A stretch of DNA of 64,000 bases from Antedon mediterranea (Eukaryota; Animalia; Echinodermata). A program made the translations under genes and the position numbers. The DNA is taken from positions 23,808,001 to 23,872,000 of the forward strand of contig NC_092674.1 of assembly GCF_964355755.1 (NCBI RefSeq), given 5' to 3'. Of the stretch, positions 50,869 through 63,042 are shown in pieces. Within the stretch, counting starts at the first letter, position 1, and each line of letters starts with the position of its first letter. A model generated the notes under the pieces. It saw only the letters and a program-made list of their open reading frames with translations. It searched no databases and had not been told where the DNA came from.

Positions 50869-52906
50869 TCTATATATAAATTTACGTAAGGGCAAAATTC
50901 GGTAAATCTCGGTTTATTTCTAGAATTTCTACTCGATGGTATATAAAGTTGGTTCATACTTTCGGTACTGATTTTAACCATCTGATGTAACCCTGTTTAC
51001 TAATTAAATTGAGTTAGGTAATTAGTTATTGACGATTAAAACGAATTTAGGTTCAACGATTTGCCCCAAATAGGGGTGTTTTCCGATCGTGGTATACACT
51101 GTCTAATGGATGTCCATCTTGAAGAAAAAAAATACGAGGAGGCTTCGCATTTTCCTATCTCCTCCTACGATAATTGTTTTTAATAGCTGAAAACTGGTTG
51201 AACACTGGTTGAACAGCTAGAGTACAGCATCATAATGTTGAAGACAGGCCGATTTTCTTAAAAAAATACTATTTTGATAGATTTAATATACGATTATACA
51301 AATGTATTGATTTGCGATGAATGGAACATTCCAATCTCTGTTTCACAAGTGTCTATTCCCTCAGGCGTCGTAAAGACAAGTACAGCACTGTATACTCGAA
51401 ATTCGATCCATTTTTGTTTTCAATCTGTGCTGCAGAGGTTGGATATAATTTTTTTCACGCTGCTGCTCTAGCCCGCTACGTCCCATTAGGACTACTCAAT
51501 CAGAAGCTAAAGCAAGCAGCAGTTATAGTTCTAAGGACAGACAGTTTTGTGAAAATGGAAACTCCACTATGATTTATTGATTCCAGCTGCTACAGTAGAC
51601 CCAAAAAACGTCTGGGAAAGAGTCTATTAGGACATGTCATGCTAAAATTACAAATCCCTAAGCATTTCTGGTATATTCGCTGTCATATATTCATTGAATT
51701 ATTATCGAAACAGTCCATTAAAGTTTGTGTTTGTAATAGGATACTTCACAATTGAAATATCTAGGGTGATGAAGTGACCCCCAGATTTGACCTTAGCAAT
51801 AAAATTAACTAAACTGACAGAAATTGAGTATTCACTTCTGTAACAAAAAAATAATATTTATTCACATATAAAAAAAGAAAAGAAACCCAAAAACCATTGT
51901 CTGACAGACAATTTAAGTATTTGTTGCTTTAAATTACATTTTTTCAGGTAAAATAACTATTATGTGACAATAAAATGACACATTCAAAAACATTTGAAAT
52001 AAAAAATATTTTTCAATAAGCGAGCAGCGTTTTTTGTAAGAAATATTTCTTGTTTAAACGGATAATGAGCTAGCGTTTTCACTCGCCGTATATTATGTAC
52101 AAATCTTTATTATTGCAGTTAAACCACCCACATCATCACCTTTCCCTCACTGGCATGAGTAGCGTTGTAAAACCAGTAGAGAATAGGCCTACGGTACATC
52201 ACATGCCCTAAACGCAGAACAACTTTGGTGGGTAGGGTAGGAACCAACTTAAGTATGAATTGGCTCTAAGAAGCAATTGAAAACCATTAGGCCTACTAAT
52301 TAAGTTGAGTTAGATAATTTAATATTTATTGACGATTAAATCGAATTTATGATTTTCCCCGAATAGAGGTGGTTTTCACAAATTTTTTTACATTATATAA
52401 ACATACACGTCGTAGTGATGTATCGTTACATGTGCTGTACTATTTCAATCGACTAGGACGGTGATAGTTTCAACAAAGTATTACATCGCAATGTTTTACT
52501 GTGTTTAGTGGTATATTATTTGTAAAACATGAAAGCAATTAATATTTCGTTACTAAATGGATAAAGAATATATTTTAACATTGTTCCTCTTTGCACCCAT
52601 CCTCTTCCCCATCCCTCAACCCTAATGTTACATACAAAACACAAATTAAGTTTGTTTAAATTTGACTTAAACAATTGGTCTTATTTTGTGACAAGTTTCT
52701 CTTTCGGAAGTAATAGAGTGCTAATTTTAGTTGAGTACATAAATCACAGTGTCTATTTATTCGTTCCTGTACACGACATGTATTATTGTCCTGCGGTACG
52801 TACATTTGAAATCGCCAGTTTTTTAACGCTGAAATTATTATGTATTCGAGAACCATCTGTGGGCACGACCTAGATGGTACGCGAGCGAAGCGAGCGTGCC
52901 ATCTAG
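50869..52906 (+). mobile_element. Non-autonomous Helitron, unit 1 of a head-to-tail pair
   Basis: A|TCTATATATAAATTTACG start; 3' hairpin CTAGATGGTACGC...GCGTGCCATCTAG. Confidence 0.8.
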
Positions 52907-55900
52907 TCTATAAATAAATTTACGTAAGGGCAAAATTCGGTAAATTGCGCGTTATTTCTAGAATTTTTACTCGATGGTATATAAAGTTGGTTCGTACTTT
53001 CGGTACTGATTTTAACCACCTGATGTAACCCTGTTTACTAATTAAATTAAGTTAGATAATTAGTTATTGACGATTAAAACGAATTTAGGTTCAACGATTT
53101 GCCCCAAATAGGGGTGTTTTCCGATCGTGGTATACACTGTCTAATGGATGTCCATCTTGAAAAATACCCGCCACAAAAATGCGAGGAGGCTTCGCATTTT
53201 CCTATCTCCTCCTACGATAATTGTTTTTAATAGCTGAAAACCGGTTGAACAGCTAGAGTACAGCATCATAATGTTGAAGACAGGCCGATTTTCGTAAAAA
53301 AATACTATTTTGATAGATTTAATATACGATTATACAAATGTATTGATTTGCGATGAATGGAACATCCCAATCTCTCAGTCTGCCAGAGTTTGGTTTAACA
53401 CAAGTAGATTTATGAGCCCTTGGTTTAACACATACGGTAGGTAAATATATGGGCCCTTTGAGAATAAACTTGCAATACTTTTTAAAATATATACAAATAA
53501 ACTTTATTACTGAGATTGTGGATAGGCTCTACTGTTAGATATATAAACACATTATTATATACAAATAAACTTTATACTGACAGTTCCTTCTCAACGTTTG
53601 TATTAATTAATAATTACCAATAATATAAACGTCGCAGTTTTAACAAAGTATTAAATCGCAAATGTTTTACTGTATTTAGAGGTATATTATTTATAGGCCT
53701 ATAAAACATGAAAAAAATATTTCGTTACTGAGTGGATAAAGAATATATTTAAAAATTGTTCCTCTTTGTACCTATCCGCTTTCCCATCCCTCAACCCTAA
53801 TGTTACATACAAAACACAAATTGTGTTTCTTTAAATGAGTCCAAATCAAATATTTGGACTCATTTTGTGATAAGTTTCTCCTTCGGAAGTAATTCCCAGG
53901 GTGCTAATTTTAGTTGACTACATAAATCATCGTGTCTATTTATTCGTTTCTGTAAACGACAATGTATTATTATAGTCCTGCGGTACGTACATTATTTGAA
54001 ATCGCCAGTTTTGTTACGCTGAAATTACTGTGTATTCGAGAACCTATACATCGTCAGCGGTCGTGTCTCAGTCGAGCTCCCTTTTTAGGCATGAAAATTC
54101 TCTGAACAATCTACAGTTTATAGCCCGGGAATTTTGAACGAGTCCGGTCGACACAGATAGGCACAAGGGCACTCCTTGGGCCTAGTTCAACAAGTGTCTT
54201 TCAACTTCGCAATTTTTAAAGCAACAAAAACATTTTTATACCATGTTGTTTGTATAGCTGTCTGTATATTGATGATATTTTATATGCTTTTTCAAGCGGA
54301 CATTTTACATGCTTTTTAATCTGAAATTTTTGTACGGATTTTAACTGTATTTGTATCGTGTTTTTGTATGAGCTATTTACGGTACTGTATTGAGTCATTT
54401 CATAGCCGGTAAGTTTCTCAAGGTGGGTTTTTATTTGGATTTGATTGGTGATTTATCATGGCTACGTTTCGACATACCGGTTTGCCTACGTCATATTTTG
54501 AAAATGTATATCCACGCAAACACGGTCACGGAGGAAAAACAAAAACACGGGCAATACGACTTGCTTTTATTATTCTTGTTTTAAGTGGAGATATATCGAC
54601 TAACCCTGGACCCATAATTTGTGATCCATGACTTGTGGGCTGTGTTCAGGATCTGTAAAATCAAATCAACGAGGTATCTGCTGCGATGGATGCAACTCGT
54701 GGTACCACATTAAATGTGCGAATATCTCTGTTAAAGAATACAATCGCCTTGCCAAATCGGATTTGGACTGGCATTGCTACTCATGTATGGTACCTAACTT
54801 CAGTGATTCATTATTTGAAGATGACACTATTAATAGATCTGATGTTTCGTACACGGAGTTGTTGAATGCCAATTTGGATAATGAGGATAGGCTGCTCAAT
54901 GAGTTAGAATTTAAACTTCTTCGTGGTAAGGGTTTGATATTTATTCACCTTAACGTTAGAAGTTTACGTAACAAAATCGATCAAATTCGAGATATTGCAA
55001 AAAATACGAACGCATCAGTCATTGCAATAAGTGAGTCGTGGCTCGATGATTCAATCAATGATGCTGAAATAAAAATTGAAAATTTCTCCATAGAAAGGAA
55101 AGACAGAAATGGAAAAAGGGGGTGGAGTGTGTTTATATATACGCAATACTATTTCATACTCAGTCAGAAATGATTTGGACAGAGAGGATATTGAATGCAA
55201 ATGGATTGATATAATTTTGCCGAAGTCGAAAACAATTTTAACCGGTGTTTGCTATCGCCCGCCAAAACAAGGTACATTTTTTAACTGTTTAGAAAACCTG
55301 CTTATGACTGTTGGAAACTTCAATGCTCAAGAAAGTATTATTCTTGGAGACTTTAATGTAAATGTTTGACTAACTTCTGTAATATTTTCGGTCTTGAACA
55401 ACTTATCACTGAACCAACTAGGATCAGTGATAACAATAGCTCAGCAATAGATTTGATCCTTGCCAGTGATCCTTTAAAAATTAAAGCCAGTGGAGTAATT
55501 CCTATTGGATTAAGTGATCACTTTTTAACGTTTTGTAGACGAAAACGGACTAATATCATTTCTGGCATACATAGAACAATTGATGTTAGATCAATGAAAA
55601 ATTACAGTTCTGATTCACTGACTCATATGCTTAATAGTATTGACTGGTCAGATTGTATTAGTTTAACTTGTGTTCAATCTTCAAAGTTTCTGCGTATAAT
55701 CGATTCAATTGCTCCTAAAAAAAGTTAGGGTCAAAGTAAAAGATCAACCATGGTTTGACTCCGAATTAAGAGATCATATTAGGCAAAGAGACAAAATGTT
55801 AATTAGATATCGTAGTACAAAGGATGTGATGCATCTCAAGGGTTTTAGCAAACTCCGAAATAGTGTAAATTATAAAATTAAAAAAGCTAAAGTAAATTTT

Positions 55901-56158
55901 TATTCTGAACAACTTCAAGAAAATAAATACAAACCAAAACAATTATGGAAAGTTCTTAAAGGTCTTGGAACCTCTAAATCAAATAATAATGACAAGAAAC
56001 AGGTTAGTCTTGAGATCGATAATGAATATGTTCATGATAAGAAAGAAGTTGCTGAAGAGTTTAATTCGTACTTCACCAACGTTGCTGGAGAGCTAGTAAA
56101 CAAACTTGACCCTCCTAGTAATACTTATAACTTGGAACATGTCAATGTCTTTTACAGT

Positions 56159-59100
56159 TGTTAGGAGATACATTTATACTATTATATTATTATTACTTTA
56201 CCATAGTATTGTACTGTATATATTATATTGGTTGTAGACTAGACCAAAGTTCAGTAACCAGGTTGTTAGTAATTGTACCTATGAGATTGCTCATAACTCA
56301 AGTTGTCAGAGACACTTGTTTGATATTCCATATAAGGAAATTGTTACAACAACTTCATACTAAGATGATGATGTCATTTGAATTTCATCTTAAAACCAAT
56401 TTCATCATCTTTAAGTTATTTGATGAGATCATTATGATCACCCCACATATCCTGCATAAGAATATAAATAGTGGTACATTAACCATATTTAATCAGTCCT
56501 AATACGAATACTGACATAGCTAAACTAAATGCTGTTAAAGTCTATTGAAGTATCTAGAAGTCTGTTTGACTGTTTTGAACAACTGAAGTAAAGCTTTATA
56601 TTAGCCTTGGGCTCATCTATATTTGTAAGTCTTGAATTTCTTTATGTATTTTGATTGTGTGTTACCACCATCTTATACTTTGATAATTATTTTATATTAT
56701 TAATTAATCTTTATCTTTATAATCATTTTAATTGATTTTGTTATCTTTTGCTTTTCTGTTTGAAGAATAAAACGTAGATTAGAGTATAAAACTTATCCAT
56801 TGTATTGCCTATCTTCTGTTTGTGCCTTGCATGTAACAGAAAGTGGGGGGTCATCCGGGAAGAACTTTAAATTTAACTTTAACTTAAATCGATAGGTTTA
56901 TAGTTTTATACCTAGTTAAATTTGTTTTATTTTCAAACATTTGTTTGTGAAATTAGTAACTGTTACAATGGTCTTTGAACCAGAAACATTTTTTGCCGAC
57001 CCTACCCAAGAGGTATTTAATAGTTTGAAAAAAGATGATTTGCTTAAACTAGCTATGCACCTAGGTCTAAAGGACGTTGAATCCTCTATGCGAAAGAATG
57101 ATATTAAGAGTCGTTTATTAACTTATTTGGTTGAGGAAGACATTTTTGATAGTAGTGTTATGTCTTCCCAAGTTGATTCAAGCATTGATGCTAAATTAAG
57201 AGAAATTGAATTACAAAATATGAAAGAAATTGAAATTCGAAGAATGGAATTGGAATTCGAAAGAGAGGAAAGATATTTTAAATTAAAATTACGCGAATTA
57301 GAGCTAGCTAGTGGGATTAGTCAACCTATTTCCAATCCAAAATTTGATGTAACTAAACATATTAGACTAGTGCCACCTTTTCAGGAGAAGGAAGTAGATA
57401 AATTCTTTTTACATTTCGAGAAAATTGCCGAAAATCTTAAATGGCCTAAAGAACACTGGACCTTGCTTTTACAAAGTGTACTAACTGGTAAAGCTAGAGA
57501 AATTTATACTGATTTATCAATTGAGCAAAGTTCATCATATGATGTAGTTAAAGAACTCATCTTAAAGGGGTATGAATTAGTCCCAGAGGCCTATAGGCAA
57601 CAATTCCGAAATAAACAACGGCAAACTAACCAAACACACCTTGAATTAGCACAAACCAAAGAACGGTTATTTGATCGTTGGTGTGCATCTAAGCAAACAA
57701 ATAAAGATTATGATAGGCTTAGACAACTAATTTTGATAGAAGAGTTTAAATCATGTATTACTCCTGATGTGAGGACTTATCTAGATGAGCAAAAAGCTGA
57801 GACCTTAAGTCAAGCTGCTCGACTGGCTGATGACTATGCCTTAACGCATAAACAAGCATTCATTCAAAAGCCCCAGTCACAGTCAGTCATGTCTTCTGGA
57901 AACAAAGTCCAGCCTAATACTAGTTCTCAAAGTGATACTACTTCTACTCCGCCTAAACCAACCTACACTCCTAACAAATCTGACCAACAATTTCCATCTC
58001 CAAGTACTATTTGCAATTATTGCAAAAAGCCAGGGCACATTATGTCCGAATGTTTTGCCTTAAAACGGAAGGAAGGAAAAACTAAACCTTCTGGGTTGGT
58101 CTTGGTTAAGAAACAGAAAAATGAAAATTTAAAAAATTTGGTATCGGACTCTGTTCTTGATGGGTACTCTCCTTTCATGTCCGATGGTTTTGTGTCCTTA
58201 ATTGGAGATGATCTAAACCTCAAGCCAGTTAGGATCCTTAGGGATACAGGTGCTTCTCAATCCTTGCTTTTAGAAGGTATTTTGCCTTTGTCTGATAGAT
58301 CCTCTACTTGGGAAGATGTCTTGTTGCAAGGGATTGAATTAGGGTATTTTAACGTACCATTGCACAATATTGTTATTAAGTCCGATTTTATAAACGGACC
58401 TGTAGTAGTTGGGGTTCTAAAGGAACTTCCATTTATGGGCGTCACCTTTGTTTTAGGGAATGATTTAGCTGGGGCTATGGTTAAAGTGGACGAAACCACC
58501 CCAGATCCTAGTATGTTCCCTGTGTGTGCTATTACGCATTCTATTAGCCAGCAAATTGATGAGGTTATTTTAGGGGATACATTCCTTGCCTCTGAGTTTA
58601 ATTCTCCCTCTGACGATACTTTGTTTACTGGCATTATGCCTCGTGTATCTTTGACTAAGGAGAAATTGATTGCTGAGCAGGTTGACGACTCTAATATTTA
58701 TAAAAATGTCATATCAGAAGATAACTTGACTTCTGCTATATGCACTATTTCTGAAGATAACTTGACTTCTGTTTTATGCGCAAATTCTGAAGATAACTTG
58801 ACTTCTGTTCTAAGCGCTACTGAACTAATTTCTATCACCCCTGCCACTAAGGTAGAGAGTGACTTAAACTTAAATGTCCAAAATAATAATGGTGGTAACT
58901 ATGATCTTAATGCTGAGAGTTGTTTGAGACTTCAACATTCTGAGGTCCTTGCTAATTTGGATGCTAAGTTTGTTCATTTAACAGATGCTGAAAGGACAGA
59001 ACTAACAAAATTGGTGCTCGGACATCACAGTTCATTTCCCGATGTACCTGTACAAATCAATAATGATGATGATGCTAAGCTGCTTAAAGAACATCCTTAT

Positions 59101-60518
59101 CATCTTAAAATAATACAGCAGAACTATCTAAAACAAGATATGTATATGCTCCAAACCGAACCAAGTTTTAGTCAGTGGAGTTCACCATGTGTGCTGGTTT
59201 TAAAGCCTGATGGTTCTTACCGATTATGTACAGACTTTCGAAAGGTGAATGTAGTTCCCAAGGCGGATTCATACCCATTAACACGCATTAATGATTGTCT
59301 TCACAAATTGGGCAAATTTGATCTACTCAAAGGATATTGGCAAGTTTCTCTCATCGAACGTGTGAAGGAGATATCAGCCTTTGTCACCAATGACGGACTC
59401 TACCAATACAAGCAAATGCCGTTGGGAATGCGGAATGCACCAGCCACGTTTCAACGCCTCCTGAATAGTGTGATTGCAGACGGACTCTACCAATACAAGC
59501 AAATGCCGTTGGGAATGCGGAATGCACCAGCCACGTTTCAACGCCTCCTGAATAGTGTGATTGCAGACATCAATGGCTGCGAGGGCTACATAGATGATGT
59601 TATTGTCTACAGTGATACTTAGCAAGATCATGTTGAGAACATTTTTCAAGGAACTTTACAAAATAAACAATTAACAAAATGTGAATTCAGCAGAGGAAAT
59701 GTGAACTTGATATTATAATGTTGTACACAAGTGTTTTTAAAGAATAAAATATTGTTCTGTGATTTTATATACAATTACTACATATTACTGTAATGTATTA
59801 AAAAGTTTGTATCCAAACTTTTTCTTTAAGGAGGGGTGTGTTAGGAGATACATTTATACTATTATATTATTATTACTTTACCATAGTATTGTACTGTATA
59901 TATTATATTGGTTGTAGACTAGACCAAAGTTCAGTAACCAGGTTGTTAGTAATTGTACCTATGAGATTGCTCATAACTCAAGTTGTCAGAGACACTTGTT
60001 TGATATTCCATATAAGGAAATTGTTACAACAACTTCATACTAAGATGATGATGTCATTTGAATTTCATCTTAAAACCAATTTCATCATCTTTAAGTTATT
60101 TGATGAGATCATTATGATCACCCCACATATCCTGCATAAGAATATAAATAGTGGTACATTAACCATATTTAATCAGTCCTAATACGAATACTGACATAGC
60201 TAAACTAAATGCTGTTAAAGTCTATTGAAGTATCTAGAAGTCTGTTTGACTGTTTTGAACAACTGAAGTAAAGCTTTATATTAGCCTTGGGCTCAGCTAT
60301 ATTTGTAAGTCTTGAATTTCTTTATGTATTTTGATTGTGTGTTACCACCATCTTATACTTTGATAATTATTTTATATTATTAATTAATCTTTATCTTTAT
60401 AATCATTTTAATTGATTTTGTTATCTTTTGCTTTTCTGTTTGAAGAATAAAACGTAGATTAGAGTATAAAACTTATCCATTGTATTGCCTATCTTCTGTT
60501 TGTGCCTTGCATGTAACA
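56159..60518 (+). mobile_element. Ty3/Gypsy (Gmr1-like) LTR retrotransposon, internally deleted, young
   Basis: 680-bp LTRs 56159-56838 and 59839-60518 (TG...CA; one mismatch seen, 56616 vs 60296); 4-bp TSD CAGT; degenerate tRNA-Pro-like PBS tggggggtcatccggga (56844-56860); polypurine tract at 59828-59838. Confidence 0.95.
56968..59622 (+). CDS. Gag (SCAN-like capsid, CCHC knuckle), protease and partial RT polyprotein
   Basis: LILIEEFKSC, CNYCKKPGHIMSEC, LRDTGASQS, KPDGSYRLCTDFR, DLLKGYWQ, MPLG..NAPATFQR, YIDD; no integrase or RNase H. ATG at 56968 (ORF open from 56941). Confidence 0.85.
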   Translation: MVFEPETFFADPTQEVFNSLKKDDLLKLAMHLGLKDVESSMRKNDIKSRLLTYLVEEDIFDSSVMSSQVDSSIDAKLREIELQNMKEIEIRRMELEFEREERYFKLKLRELELASGISQPISNPKFDVTKHIRLVPPFQEKEVDKFFLHFEKIAENLKWPKEHWTLLLQSVLTGKAREIYTDLSIEQSSSYDVVKELILKGYELVPEAYRQQFRNKQRQTNQTHLELAQTKERLFDRWCASKQTNKDYDRLRQLILIEEFKSCITPDVRTYLDEQKAETLSQAARLADDYALTHKQAFIQKPQSQSVMSSGNKVQPNTSSQSDTTSTPPKPTYTPNKSDQQFPSPSTICNYCKKPGHIMSECFALKRKEGKTKPSGLVLVKKQKNENLKNLVSDSVLDGYSPFMSDGFVSLIGDDLNLKPVRILRDTGASQSLLLEGILPLSDRSSTWEDVLLQGIELGYFNVPLHNIVIKSDFINGPVVVGVLKELPFMGVTFVLGNDLAGAMVKVDETTPDPSMFPVCAITHSISQQIDEVILGDTFLASEFNSPSDDTLFTGIMPRVSLTKEKLIAEQVDDSNIYKNVISEDNLTSAICTISEDNLTSVLCANSEDNLTSVLSATELISITPATKVESDLNLNVQNNNGGNYDLNAESCLRLQHSEVLANLDAKFVHLTDAERTELTKLVLGHHSSFPDVPVQINNDDDAKLLKEHPYHLKIIQQNYLKQDMYMLQTEPSFSQWSSPCVLVLKPDGSYRLCTDFRKVNVVPKADSYPLTRINDCLHKLGKFDLLKGYWQVSLIERVKEISAFVTNDGLYQYKQMPLGMRNAPATFQRLLNSVIADGLYQYKQMPLGMRNAPATFQRLLNSVIADINGCEGYIDDVIVYSDT

Positions 60519-62567
60519 CAGTAGCAAAGGTGTCTTTCCTAATGATTTTTCTTTCATAGAATTATCTGAAGAAAATGTTCTTAAAGCTTTGACACAATTA
60601 TCGACGAGTAAAGCTACCGGAATAGATACTTTACCAGCCAAATTCTTCAAAGATGGGGCTTCTGCAATTGCAAAACCATTAACACATATTATTAAGTTGT
60701 CCTTCACATCAGGTATTGTACCCAAAGAATGGAAAGTAGCGAGAGTCATACCAATTCACAAGAAGGGTAGTAAAACGGTGGTTGGTAACTATCGTCCGGC
60801 GTCTATACTCTCGGCTTTTTCTAAAGTTGTTGAAAGACTAGTACATGACCAATTGATGGAATACCTTAATACTAAATCACTTATCTATGATTTCCAATGT
60901 GGGTTCCGAGCAAATTTTTCGACAGATCTTTGTTTAATTCACCTAACTGACCATATTAAAAAGAATTGGGATAAAGGTAATTTAACTGGTATGATTGTCT
61001 TAGACCTACAAAAGGCTTTCGATACTGTAGACCATCAGATTTTACTAGGCAAAATGAGAGCATTAGGATTGTCCCAAACAGCAATAGTTTGGTTTAAATC
61101 ATATTTAATAGATAGATGGCAGGTAGTTGATAATTGTGGTACTCTTTCAACGTGGTAAAAAATAACATGTGGGGTCCCTCAGGGGTCAATATTGGGCCCA
61201 CTATTGTTCTTAATGTATGTGAATGATAGGGAATCTGCATTGAGTAGTAAACTGCTCCTTTATGCCGATGATTCTGCAATAGTTGTATCTGATAAAAGTG
61301 TCGCCAATATACAAAATATATTGTCAAAAGAATTAAAATCTATTAATTCTTGGTTATTAGATAATAGATTGTCATTGCATCTAGGCAAATTAAAACGTAT
61401 TCAATTCTATTTGGATCTAACCGTAAACTCAGAAATCAACAAGAATTAAAAGTTACATGTAATGATCATATAATCACAAACAAACCGACAGTAAGTTATC
61501 TAGGACCTGAACTCGATAACAATCTAACTGGAGATTATATAGGTAAATCAGTTATAAAGAAAGTAAACTCAAGGGTAAAATTCTTATATAGAAATAGAAA
61601 GTACTTAACTTTAAGAGATCTTAAGTTACTAGCAAATAGTTTGGTGTTATGCCTTTATGATTATGCTTGTAGCGTGTGGTACTCTGGATTAAAAAAAACA
61701 TTAAAAGTTAAATTGCAAACTGCACAAAATAAGACAGTCAGATGTATTCTTGGTCTGGAACCAAGGGATCACATTGGGGCTAATGAATTAAACAAACTGA
61801 ATTGGCTCCCACTAGATTTAAGAGTTAAACAGATAAAACTTTGTCACATGTATCGTATTATTAATGGATTAAGCCCTACGTTTATGAATGATGGTATTAG
61901 TAGAGCAAATGTAATTCACCAGTACAATACTAGATTTGCAACTCAATCAATTTATAGACCATATATAGGTAACCACTCCCAAACAACCTTTGTTAACACG
62001 GCAATAACGTCATGGAATCACCTGCCAAAATTGATACAGTGTTCAGAAACCATCAATCAATTCAAAAGAAATATCAGGAAACATCTCAAAGAGGTTATGC
62101 TTGAAAGATTATAATTTATATTTATATTGTTACTACATGTGTTATTGTTTATTGTAAATGTTTATTCTTATGGTGTTTAAATAAGTTAGACCTTTGGTTA
62201 CTTTTTTGTGTTACCCTGAATTCATTCTTTGTTTTTATATGTTGTGTTTTTGTGAATTCGAATAAAGAAACTAAACTAAAACTAAACTAGATGGTACGCG
62301 AGCGAAGCGAGCGTACCATCTAGTTAACCAAATTAGTATCAAAATATATATATATATACTTATATATTTAGGCGTATCGGTATGTTTTTATTTATTACTG
62401 TAAGGTTATTACAAAAGTGTCAATAAAAATGATAAAAAACCTGTGTCTGACCATGATGAATCAACTTACCCCGTCGATGGGGTAAGTTGCAACTTGACAT
62501 GATGTTTTAATTAAAATTAATTATTGATACATTACCGAGTGATGATTCATTATTTGTATTGGGCACA

Positions 62568-63042
62568 TCGTGAATCTTCTAATTGTAACCCTGTGTTAGT
62601 ATTCTCGGATTGTTTTTTAGGGTGGGTTACAATACTATTAGAAGGTTAGGCTTACTATTAGAGAGTGGGTTTCTATTACTAATCTTAAATTAGGCACCTG
62701 AAAATAGTAACCCACTCCAACTATTCCGGTCAGCAACTCATAGCAAAATAATAAAACAGTACGAATAAACAAATTTGTTTGAACTCTGACTTTATTTTAT
62801 AAACTCAAAATCACTCAATCCTCCCCCAATCCCGATCAACATGCATTTCTCCTTATTTTCAAAATACGGCTGCATCATAAACGACCAGTGTTCATAATGT
62901 GACTCTGAATTTTAACACCATGGGTTACTATTAGAGTAGTAGGTTATTTTTATAGATTGACTTATAAGGTGGGTTACAATTAGAAATGGGGGGGGGGGGG
63001 GTTACTATTAGAGTGTTGGTTACTAATAGAAGATCCACGGTA
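62568..63042. mobile_element. Tc1/pogo-like MITE (degenerate)
   Basis: Imperfect inverted termini cgtgaatcttcta...tagaagatccacggTA with internal ggttactattagag subrepeats. Confidence 0.5.

Larger units (their letters stand above)
54045..62286 (+). mobile_element. LINE (CR1/L2/Crack group): 2A-like peptide, PHD, APE, RT; frameshifted and interrupted by an LTR element
   Basis: SGDISTNPGP (54584-54613); PHD CGLC..ICCDGCNSWYHIKC; APE HLNVRSL, AISESWL, GDFN, SDH; RT NYRP, DLQKAFDTVDH, GVPQGS, YADD (60523-62114); AATAAA plus (AAACT)n tail. Confidence 0.9.
52907..62323 (+). mobile_element. Non-autonomous Helitron, unit 2 (52907-54044 plus 62287-62323), split by a LINE
   Basis: Starts TCTATAAATAAATTTACG directly after the CTAG of unit 1; homologous to unit 1; its terminal hairpin and CTAG|T lie at 62287-62324. 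Confidence 0.8.

Noticed and set aside
53985-54092. Candidate GATM exon 1 on the minus strand (MPKKG...IGSRIH...|gtacgt)
   Set aside because: Has an in-frame TGA, straddles the Helitron/LINE junction and is repeated in Helitron unit 1.
56158-56502. 114-aa ORF duplicated at 59838-60182
   Set aside because: Lies in the LTRs, has a non-ATG start and no recognisable domain.
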